Shown here: one piece after another, positions 7,443-15,700 of the stretch | Numbering within the stretch: the first letter of the stretch is position 1 | Layout: each line of letters starts with the position of its first letter | Assembly: GCA_963718585.1 (NCBI GenBank) | Contig: OY970357.1 | Coordinates: forward strand, 210,001-242,000 | Direction of reading: 5' to 3' | DNA length: 32,000 nt | DNA from: Candidatus Saccharimonadota bacterium | GTDB taxonomy: Bacteria > Patescibacteriota > Patescibacteriia > 2-12-FULL-60-25 | The notes under the pieces: model-generated | What the model was told of the DNA's origin: nothing | Databases searched by the model: none | The model's input: the letters and a program-made list of their open reading frames with translations, nothing else | Translations under genes and position numbers: made by a program

Positions 7443-8885
7443 CATGAGTATCGTTCGTCTCATTCGAAGGCTTCAGAACGCCGTGCCTCGCACAGCTGTC
7501 TTTTTTGTTTTGCGATCATCGCGTCGTTTACGTTCGCGCTCCCTGTCTTCGCGCAACAGGACGCGACGTATCAAGTTCCGAACCTCGGCGTTCCGATCCC
7601 GGGGGTGGATCTCGCGTCGAATCCGTTGGTCTACCGAGATGGGACGATCTCAGTCCCGTACCTCGCGACGTATATCGGCGGCGCCTATAACTATCTTATC
7701 GGCGTTTCCATCATCGCGGCGGCGATCATGATCATCTGGGGTGGTTTTCGCTACCTGCTCGGTTCAACGCTCGGAGATGCACAGGCGGGGAAGGAGAAGA
7801 TCAAAGACGCCATCATCGGGCTCTTTTTGATCCTCGGAAGCTACACGCTGCTTACGACACTCGGAGGTCCGTCGCTGACGACGTTTCAGCCGTTGAATCT
7901 CGATATCGTGAGTCAGGAACAGTATGAGGCGCAGATCGATAGCGGTGGCGTGCCGATCGAATATCAGACCGGTCAGGTCGTGAGTGGACATCCGGATGCG
8001 TCTATTCCGACGCCGAGTACTGCCGTGACGGCGACCAGTCAGATCCCGCCAAGTCCAGGTGGTGGCGCAGCTCCGGCCTTTTCCGGAAAAGATGTCTCCG
8101 GCTTGGGCAAGGGGTGTACGGTCGATTCCAAGTACCACCTCCCAGGCCCCGGCTGTTCTGGGGCGGCGTGTCAGACAAGGTTTTGCGTCAATAAGGATTA
8201 CAACATTCCTGGCATTCCATCGATCACGAATATGGTCGGGTTCCAGGGGATCTTTCCGAACACATTCGGCGAGCAGATCACGGAGAAGGGTTTGACGTTC
8301 GTCGTTCCCACGAATCCGCAGTGTTATAGCAAAGCGGGGTGCGATGCATCGAAGTACATGGATATCGACATCTTGGGGCCGCGTGCGAAGGCGACGTTGA
8401 AATGGCGGATGGACGGGACGATGGTCTTCCAGCCAGAGGCGCGTGATGCATTGATCCGCGCAGGAGCAGAGGCGAAGAAGGAGGGGTATTTTCTCGTGAT
8501 CGGGTCAGGGACACGATCCGTCAAACAACAGGCGGAGGCATACTGTTCGCGTATAAAGACCAAAGGTAGTGCGCTTGGTCTCGCCTTGCCGGGATATTCG
8601 AATCATCAATTGGGCATTGCAGTCGATATCGGCCTCTTTAAGTTGGAGAACGGCCGCATCCATCTTTTGACGTTGACGGGCGGGATCTGCGGACAGGTTT
8701 CGAACCAGAAATATCTTGGTGCAGACAAGCTATCAGCCTTAGAGCAGATCATGGCTTCTGCGGGATTCAAACATATGTGTCAGGAGGTGTGGCATTTCGA
8801 CTACCAAGGCGTTTACGCTGTTGACTGCAACTCCTGCGTCTTCCCTGGATCGATGGCGACCCGAGAGGCGAAGGAATGCAAGTAA
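7389..8885 (+). CDS. P2: pilin-type two-helix anchor fused to a VanY/peptidase M15 zinc D-Ala-D-Ala carboxypeptidase domain. Start uncertain, possible frameshift.
   Basis: 498-aa ORF. Signal peptide ...CFAIIASFTFALPVFA/QQ. LGVPIPGV motif. Anchor VPYLATYIGGAYNYLIGVSIIAAAIMIIWGGFRYLLG...GKEKIKDAIIGLFLILGSYTLL (about 7650-7868). C-terminal M15 motifs GSGTRS..QQ (8505-8530), SNHQLGIAVD (8598-8627) and EVWHFDY (8787-8805). The only in-frame start is GTG 7389. ATG 7444 has an SD but is in another frame (see findings). Confidence 0.85.
   Translation: MTEGPFIAYNIVYPQEWTHEYRSSHSKASERRASHSCLFCFAIIASFTFALPVFAQQDATYQVPNLGVPIPGVDLASNPLVYRDGTISVPYLATYIGGAYNYLIGVSIIAAAIMIIWGGFRYLLGSTLGDAQAGKEKIKDAIIGLFLILGSYTLLTTLGGPSLTTFQPLNLDIVSQEQYEAQIDSGGVPIEYQTGQVVSGHPDASIPTPSTAVTATSQIPPSPGGGAAPAFSGKDVSGLGKGCTVDSKYHLPGPGCSGAACQTRFCVNKDYNIPGIPSITNMVGFQGIFPNTFGEQITEKGLTFVVPTNPQCYSKAGCDASKYMDIDILGPRAKATLKWRMDGTMVFQPEARDALIRAGAEAKKEGYFLVIGSGTRSVKQQAEAYCSRIKTKGSALGLALPGYSNHQLGIAVDIGLFKLENGRIHLLTLTGGICGQVSNQKYLGADKLSALEQIMASAGFKHMCQEVWHFDYQGVYAVDCNSCVFPGSMATREAKECK
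7683..7737 (+). repeat. Left arm of a 55-bp inverted repeat (53/55 identical) inside the P2 anchor coding region
   Basis: gcctataactatcttatcggcgtttccatcatcgcggcggcgatcatgatcatct equals the reverse complement of 10283-10337 apart from 2 mismatches. The flanking sequence is only roughly two-thirds identical. Confidence 0.9.
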
Positions 8886-8915
8886 TGAAGAGGCGGTCGT
8901 TGTGCTACCTCTGTG

Positions 8916-10763
8916 TTATGGCGACGCGGAACCCGTGTCCGCGGGTTGGAGATCCATGCAACACCGGAAGCCGATCTCATAGCTTCGGAATCCGATCGGG
9001 GCATGCGGTCCGCCGCTTGAGGCGTAGCAGGTAGGCTGGGTCCCCGGATCGCCGAGGTGAAAGAGGGGATTGAAGTAATACCCGCGCCAGGACCAGTCTT
9101 TACCGCAGACCCATCTGTTGTTCTGGATACAACTCGAGCTCTTGAGACTCGAGAGCGTTTCGTTGATCCGCTGTTGGGAGGTCTTTTTCGCGTCCGCGTC
9201 TTTGACCGTGATCTCGGTCACGTTCCCGTTCAGGTCATAGACACCTTCCGGCGTGACGCATGTGGGTCGAGAGCCGCTCGGGATGACATATTGGGACCAC
9301 TTGTCACCCGCCTCCTTTCGCATGGTGTCGTACTCACTCTTTATGTGGCTGAGCTTGGTCCCGAGGGACGCGTTCCCGCCCCCATTTGCCGCATCGATCT
9401 TTTGCTGGATGTACGCATCGAAATCCGGATGCGCAAGGATGCTCTCCAGCGGGTTGTATTCTTCCAGCGCATAGAAATCGAGCATGGAGTGGAGTTTGCT
9501 CCAGGTAACAAGAGAACGGACGTATTGATCGTAGTTACATGGCGCAGGCTGCCGACTCATATCCTTGGAGATGGTCTTGATATATCCGCCGGGACCGCCT
9601 TTCTTCACGTTCGACACCCAGGCTTGACCCTTCACATAATCCGGCCCGTACCCGTAGGTATTCGTCCCTTCCGGACCGAGGCAAGCGCGCGTCCACTCGT
9701 TCGACGTGCAGAGACGCTTCCCTTGAGAGGAGCAGTACCACTCGGCTTCGATCTCGGTCACGCCGTTGAATGGTTTTACGCCGGCCTGATTCGGAGCCTC
9801 GAACTTGTCCATGCAGAAGGAATTCACATGCGCCGAGGTCGCGTGTGCCTTCGCTTCATGCGTCTCGTATGCGGAGCTATATGGAACGGGGACCATATCG
9901 CTCGGACAGGTCTGGGCGATGAGGTTGCCGTTTTGATCCTTGACGACAGTGCCGGGAGAGGGTGGGGTCGGGGTCGACGAGGGTTGCGGTGAGGGCGGAG
10001 TCTCGCCCGGCACGACGACCTGAGCGGGTTTACCGGTCGTCGGTGCCGGAACGGTTGACGCCGCAGTGACGCGGTTGACCTCGGCAGATGGACTGCTGAA
10101 GGCTTGGAGGGACGTGAGGTCCACGTTGAGGATGGAGGGGTTTGCAATGGTCGGATTGACCACGGAGACGATGGTGTAGGTTCCCAGGATGAGGATCAGG
10201 CCGATGAGCGCGTCCCAGATGATCTCTTTCCCGCGAGACACGCTCCCGGCGGTCGAACCGAGGATATAGCGGAACCCGCCGTAGATGATCATGATCGCGG
10301 CCGCGATGATGGAAACGCCGATGAGATAGTTATAGGCCGCCTGGATGTACAGCGCGAGATATGGCGTCTGGGCCACGCCTCCTCCAGCAGGGACCTCGGT
10401 CGGAAAGGTGAGTCCCGGGATGGGGACATTCGGTTCGATGGGGATGTGCGTGGTGGGTTCTTTGGTGCCGACCGTTGACCCATAGGTCTCGGCGTTCGCG
10501 ACCTCTGTACAGGCACCTCCGTTATCCTTTGGCTGGCACGCCTGGTCGTCCAGCTGGGCTGAGCACTTCACGTTCGCGAGGTTCGGATTCAGGACGGCCG
10601 TTTTGATCGTGTCGCAGGTCGCGGTCGTTTGAAGGCAGAGATATCCTTGGACGGATACGGTCTCACACCGGCAACACGTCGCGAGTGCGACGTTCGGTGC
10701 CAAGAAAAGTGAGATCAGGGAAAACGGGAGGAGGGCGAATGCCTGACGGAACGAGCGTCGCAT
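8916..10763 (-). CDS. P3: secreted 8-Cys module, pilin-type two-helix anchor and a formylglycine-generating-enzyme/SUMF1-like (FGE-sulfatase) domain
   Basis: ORF 8916-10796 starts at a GTG. ATG 10763 is preferred: it follows the dsbA-like stop as TGAtATG and gives the signal peptide MRRSFRQAFALLPFSLISLFLAPNVALA. CCRC 8-Cys module (about 10509-10679). VPIPGL motif. Anchor TPYLALYIQAAYNYLIGVSIIAAAIMIIYGGFRYILG...GKEIIWDALIGLILILGTYTIV. C-terminal domain (about 8958-9911) shows MVPVP, FCMDKFEAPN, EAEWYCSSQGKRLCTSNEWTRAC, GVYDLNGNVTE and IGFRCC. Confidence 0.85.
   Translation of the reverse strand: MRRSFRQAFALLPFSLISLFLAPNVALATCCRCETVSVQGYLCLQTTATCDTIKTAVLNPNLANVKCSAQLDDQACQPKDNGGACTEVANAETYGSTVGTKEPTTHIPIEPNVPIPGLTFPTEVPAGGGVAQTPYLALYIQAAYNYLIGVSIIAAAIMIIYGGFRYILGSTAGSVSRGKEIIWDALIGLILILGTYTIVSVVNPTIANPSILNVDLTSLQAFSSPSAEVNRVTAASTVPAPTTGKPAQVVVPGETPPSPQPSSTPTPPSPGTVVKDQNGNLIAQTCPSDMVPVPYSSAYETHEAKAHATSAHVNSFCMDKFEAPNQAGVKPFNGVTEIEAEWYCSSQGKRLCTSNEWTRACLGPEGTNTYGYGPDYVKGQAWVSNVKKGGPGGYIKTISKDMSRQPAPCNYDQYVRSLVTWSKLHSMLDFYALEEYNPLESILAHPDFDAYIQQKIDAANGGGNASLGTKLSHIKSEYDTMRKEAGDKWSQYVIPSGSRPTCVTPEGVYDLNGNVTEITVKDADAKKTSQQRINETLSSLKSSSCIQNNRWVCGKDWSWRGYYFNPLFHLGDPGTQPTCYASSGGPHAPIGFRSYEIGFRCCMDLQPADTGSASP
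10283..10337 (-). repeat. Right arm of the 55-bp inverted repeat, inside the P3 anchor coding region
   Basis: The + strand agatgatcatgatcgcggccgcgatgatggaaacgccgatgagatagttataggc is the reverse complement of 7683-7737 with 2 mismatches. Confidence 0.9.
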
Positions 10764-10764
10764 A

Positions 10765-11457
10765 TCAGGACTTGATGAACGCATCGAGCGCGGCACGGAC
10801 TTCCTCTTCGGTCACGGCTCCGACGAATGCCTTCGTGCCGACGAAGATCGTCGGTGCGGTGTCGAGGCCGTCGCTGCGCGCCTGATCCGTCTCTGAGATG
10901 AGAAAATCTCGTAATTTGGGGTCATTCTTACAGGTGCTTATCTGGTCCGTATTGAGATGAAGCGCGTTCGAGATGGTTTGATAGACTCCGCTATTCAGGC
11001 CGTTCGCTGACAGAAGCGCATTGTGCGCGTTCCAGAACTGCCCCTGTTCTCCTGCGCAGATCGCAAAGGCCGCAGCTTCAAGGGCATTCTGATGAACGCT
11101 ATAGACGGGAAAATCCTTCCAGACATAGCGGACTTGGCCGCCGTATGAGGCAACGACCTTTCGGAGGAGCGTGTCCGTCGTTTTGCATGTGTCGCACTCA
11201 TAGTCACCGAATTCGATGACCGAGGCGACAGAGGTCGGGCTTCCATAGAGGATCTGATCCGTGCTGGAAAGTGCCGGGGGATGGAGCTGTGACGCATCGA
11301 CCTGCTTCGGCAACAAGATGGAGCGAACATCTTGGGGCGGGAGACCACCCAAGAACGTGTTCTGCGAGGTCAGGACCGCGCGCGTGATCAGCCAGCCGCT
11401 GACCCCGAGGGAGAGGACCACGAAGACGGCGAGAATGATGAAGCGCTGGCGGTTCAT
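10765..11457 (-). CDS. Membrane-anchored DsbA-family thiol:disulfide oxidoreductase
   Basis: 230 aa. N-terminal TM FIILAVFVVLSLGVSGWLI. Thioredoxin-fold motif IEFGDYECDTCK (CxxC) and a later cis-Pro-type region TAPTIFVG. The stop is 1 nt from the P3 ATG, and the start is 3 nt after the upstream stop. Confidence 0.8.
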   Translation of the reverse strand: MNRQRFIILAVFVVLSLGVSGWLITRAVLTSQNTFLGGLPPQDVRSILLPKQVDASQLHPPALSSTDQILYGSPTSVASVIEFGDYECDTCKTTDTLLRKVVASYGGQVRYVWKDFPVYSVHQNALEAAAFAICAGEQGQFWNAHNALLSANGLNSGVYQTISNALHLNTDQISTCKNDPKLRDFLISETDQARSDGLDTAPTIFVGTKAFVGAVTEEEVRAALDAFIKS

Positions 11458-11460
11458 ACG

Positions 11461-12699
11461 TTACTGGAGTTTGTAGCTATACAATTGTCCGGTCACGGCA
11501 TCCGTAAAGATGAGTTTGCTTTGGTCTGCGGAGACGACGGGCGCTGAGATGGGGATGTTCTGATCCGGGATCGGGACCTTTTGTGAGACCCCCGTGTTCA
11601 GGTCGATCTTGTAGACGTCATCTGGGTAATCCACGAAGTCCGAGCGTTGGATGCCCGCGTTTGCCGGCAGGTTGCGCGGCACACCGCAGTAGATGACCGA
11701 GTCAGACGCCCAAGCGCACTTATCTGCCCATGTTTCGATATGCAGGTTCGTCCGGTCGGCACCGATGGACGCGGGGTTGGACGAGGCGATCCACAGGTCT
11801 GGTTTTGCATTTGATTCAGGGCTCCAGACGCTGAACAGGAGGTGATTGCCGGATGGCGACCAACTTGGGAGAAAGTCTGCCCCGGGAGCGGTCAGGAACG
11901 GGAACTTCTCTTTGTTCTGTCCGATGAACAGGATGTCTTGCTGGAGAGAACCGCCAGGGAGGGTGTTGCTGTCCGGTACATATCCGATGATCTGTCCAGA
12001 CGGAGACCAAGAGACCTGAGCGCTGTTCACGTTGTCACCCAACTCCTGAACGGCCTTTGCCTCGGTCCCGTCCGGATTCGAAACGATCAGGAAGCGGTTA
12101 CTGGGATCGACGCCGACGCTTTTGGCGGCGACCTTTGTATCGTTCGGTGAGAAGTTGAAGTCATTCCAGTGCGCGGGGAGATTGACCTGTTGATCCGTAT
12201 TGAAGTCGTAATAGAGTTTGGATCCATCTGGGAAGTTGACGATGGCCTTGTCGGTCACGTTCCCCCAGTTCACGTTCGAGACGTTATAGAATTGTTTATT
12301 GCTCAGAGCGGTGACCGTTCCATCATCGGCGATCCGGTAGAAGCGGCCGTCACCCGGGTTATAGAACCGGGTTCCGTTCTTGTCCGGAGATGGGGAGATG
12401 TCCATGGTCTGGCTGTCGAGGAGGAGTTGAACTGGGGATGAAGCCTGTGCCGTGGTCGGTTGGACATTGACGGTCGGAACACCGGCTTGCGGGAGTCCGC
12501 CACCCGTCGTCGACGTCGTACTGATCGGCACTCCCGTCCCAGCCTGTGGAAGATTTCCTGTTGGCGTTGAGGTCGCGGTCTGCGTCGGGGCCGTCGGTAC
12601 TTGAGCCCGGAAAAAGAGCCAGTAGAGGAGGTATCCCATCGCGACCGAAAAGGTCACAAAAAAGACGGCGAAGAGGATCTTTTTCATCCGTTCAGACAT
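11461..12699 (-). CDS. Membrane-anchored PD40/TolB-like beta-propeller repeat protein
   Basis: 412 aa. N-terminal TM ILFAVFFVTFSVAMGYLLYWLFF. Thr/Pro-rich linker. Repeated SP(D/S)G-type blades (SPSPDKNGTRFY, FSPNDTKVA, WSPSGQIIGY, WSPSGNHLLF). A TATACT box and GAGG lie just upstream of the ATG. Confidence 0.6.
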   Translation of the reverse strand: MSERMKKILFAVFFVTFSVAMGYLLYWLFFRAQVPTAPTQTATSTPTGNLPQAGTGVPISTTSTTGGGLPQAGVPTVNVQPTTAQASSPVQLLLDSQTMDISPSPDKNGTRFYNPGDGRFYRIADDGTVTALSNKQFYNVSNVNWGNVTDKAIVNFPDGSKLYYDFNTDQQVNLPAHWNDFNFSPNDTKVAAKSVGVDPSNRFLIVSNPDGTEAKAVQELGDNVNSAQVSWSPSGQIIGYVPDSNTLPGGSLQQDILFIGQNKEKFPFLTAPGADFLPSWSPSGNHLLFSVWSPESNAKPDLWIASSNPASIGADRTNLHIETWADKCAWASDSVIYCGVPRNLPANAGIQRSDFVDYPDDVYKIDLNTGVSQKVPIPDQNIPISAPVVSADQSKLIFTDAVTGQLYSYKLQ

Positions 12700-12755
12700 A
12701 TGGCCTCAGTATAGCGGTTTTTACGGGCAAACGGTAGCGACTTTGCGTGGTCGCA

Positions 12756-15700
12756 TCAGAACAACTTGGTGATATGGAAAAGGAGCGAGCCGGCGTACCC
12801 GAGGATCGCGACGACAATGATGACGACGAATGTGCAGCAGCATTGGGGAGGCATGAACAGCGAGTTCGCGCAGATCCCCATATCGACACAAACGGTCAGC
12901 ATGTCTTCTGGACACGATTGCTCGAACATTTCGGCGAGGGCCATTCCTTTTTGGACCCCTGATGCAATAAGCGGATCCTCGATGTTCGATTGTTTGGCGG
13001 CGAATCCGATGCCTTTGACGAAGTATTTATAGACGAACTGCAGATTCAACTGAAGGATAAGGACGAGGAGTGAGATCCCCACATCTTCCGGCGCCGTTCC
13101 GAGCTCTGTCATTTCCAGAGCACCGCGGGCGCCAGCTTGGGTCGCTTTCGCTCCCGTCTTTGCCGCCTGTTGAGTGAGTTTGAGAACGCGTTTTTTCAGC
13201 TCTTGTTGGACGCGTTCGCGCGCTTTCTTTTGGAAATCTCGTTGACGCTGCGATTCGTATCGTCGCGCCTGTGCACTCTCGTCCGGTCCTTCCATCTCTT
13301 CCTCCTCTTCGATCTCTTCGATATACGGAACTTCGGCTTGTGTGACCTCAAATGGAGGGAGCGCTTCCGCCGTTGGAGCTCCTTCTGCCTGACCGAGGAA
13401 CTGACGTTGCGTCCGCATCTGTTGGACACGAAGCGCACGGGCGCGTTCTGTCTCTTCTTCCGGGGTGAGGGTCTCTCCGACCCCTGCTCCGGCGATCGGA
13501 GGGGGGATCGCTGCTCCGCCGGCCGCATAACTCTGAAACGGTTCTTCCATGGATGTGGAACCGAGAAGCGGCTGTTCGACGGCGCCACCTCCACCACCAG
13601 CGCCAAAGGAGATGCTGTTGTCTGAAAGGGGAGTATCTCTGGAGAGTGTCGGGATCTCTGTATTCCCTCCGCGTTCGCGCGCAACCGTGGAGCGCCGTTG
13701 CAGGGCGAGGAGCCCCATTGCCGCACCGAGCGGTGCGCCTTCTGGGCCGATCCCGCGGATCTGTTGAGGGCCCATGCGCCCGAGTTCGGGTGGGGGAGGG
13801 GCTTGCGGCCCGGGACGCTGCTGGGCGTGCGTCATGCGCGCGCGTGTCTGATCCAGGACGGAGGCGAATTCCTGCTCCTGTTCACCGCGGGTTACGGCGG
13901 TCGGCGGAGCGGGTGCGTTCGTTTCCAGTTCCGTACCGATCGGGGCTGACGGAGCAACGACTGGGAGGGATTGGTCCTGTTCCCAGGTCTCGATCCGTTG
14001 AAGCGAAGCCGCGTCTTCCGGAAGCTGGCCGTTAAAATGGACCACGCCGTCTTGATAGGTCTGGAGATAGGTATCCAGATCCTGGAAGCGCTGGTCCACC
14101 GGTCCGGACGCCGCGGCGTCGCGGATATGCGAACGGACATTCCGGATCTGGTCGCGGATCGCGGAGCGGCGTGCTTCCGGCACGACGAGATGACCGCCTG
14201 CGCCGGTCGTCGCATTCGCGCGGACCTGGGCAAGGACCGTGTTCGCTTGTTGGGCAAGTCCGTTCAACGTGGCGGTCGCTGTCCGTTGTTGTTGTGCCGT
14301 CAGCGCAGACGCAGCGGCAAGCGCCGAGCCTGCGACCGCAGCGAGCGGGGCGAGGGCCGTGCCGACCGAAGGGGTGGTGATCGTCGCGGCTGCCTGAAGC
14401 ACGGAGGCGGATCGAGCGATCGGCGCCTGGATGTGTGCGATGACCTCCGTGTCCGCGGCGATCGCGGCCGGGATGTTCGGTACCTCTGGCGGAGGGATGC
14501 GGAGTTCGGGAAGCCGCGTCAACGCGCGTTGAATGTTCGCTTGGAGATCGTTCAGCCGACCGAGGGCTGCCGCCGCAGCCGGAGATCCCGAGACGATCCC
14601 GGATGGAAAGGAGGTCTGTTTGATCCGACGCTGGAGGTCCATGATCCGTTGATCGACGTCCGAGAGCGCGGCGATCTTCGTGTCCACGTCTTTTTGGAAG
14701 GTCGGTAATCGATCCGAATAACGCAATGTCGCGTCAAGCGGTTTTTGGATCTGTTCTTCCGCGACGCGCGCGACCTCGGCAGATTCCTGTTGGATCTGGC
14801 TCAGCGTCACGGCCTCCGGTGCCTGCGGCGCCACCTTCGTCTGCGGCGCCGCGCGTTCGACTGCTTGTCGGAGACCATCCTCCGCCTCGGCGTTCGCATC
14901 AGATGACAGAACGCGTTCGACGGCCTTGGTGCCGTCTGGCGCCGTCACGACGCGCGTCGAGGATCGATCGACCTTGGTCGCGTAGTCATCGATACCTTTC
15001 CGGAGGGTCGCGATCTTTTCGAGCTTCTCATCGATCGCTGTATTCGTGGGACTTTGTGCGCGTTGCGGTGTCTTTTTCGTCGCGGTCTCGTCGGAAAGGG
15101 TCTGAAGGTTCGTGGACACGCGCCGCATGGTCGCGAGGGTGTTCTCGATCCGTTGCGTGTTCTCCCGGTCGAGATCCGGTCCTTTGAGGACGGCCTCGTT
15201 CGCTTCGGTCGCGAGTTCCTCGATGCGTTCGTCCGTTTCGTCTTTGGGCGCAACGGAAACGGCGGCAGGTGCCGGTGCACCGGCGGCAGTCTCTTCGGTG
15301 ATCCGGGTCCATTCACGGTCGATCGCTTCAAGGGAGCGGTCCTGTTCGGTCTTTGGTCGTGTGGCGGGCGTTTCGCCCCGCACCGTTCGGTCCGTGGCCT
15401 CGCCCCGCGCGGCCGCTTCCGTCGGAGCGGCAGACGCTTCCGCCGGACGCGTCGCGGTCGGAGGTGTTTTGGTCGCGGCCTCTGACGATTCCTTCTGCGC
15501 CTCCTTCTTCAGCTCACCCTGCTTGTGTTCCACGGCACCTCGCCAGGAACGGACATAGTCTTTAAAGGTCTGTTTGTCGGGGTCGAATTTTCCTCCGCCT
15601 GGTAATTCGATCTCGGTCAGATCTCCGCGGAGGAGGGCTTTCTTCACGTTCGTGAGTGAACCGACGAGACCTTTGAGGTCCGCGTCATCCGGATGATCGT

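Noticed and set aside
7444-7731. 95-aa ORF as an independent small gene
   Set aside because: After the first roughly 20 residues the product is Arg/Ser-rich off-frame sequence of P2. It is better explained as the true P2 start separated from the long ORF by a frameshift at the T6 run.
9057-9992. 311-aa plus-strand ORF inside P3
   Set aside because: It is antisense to the FGE-like domain region of P3 and has no recognisable motifs.
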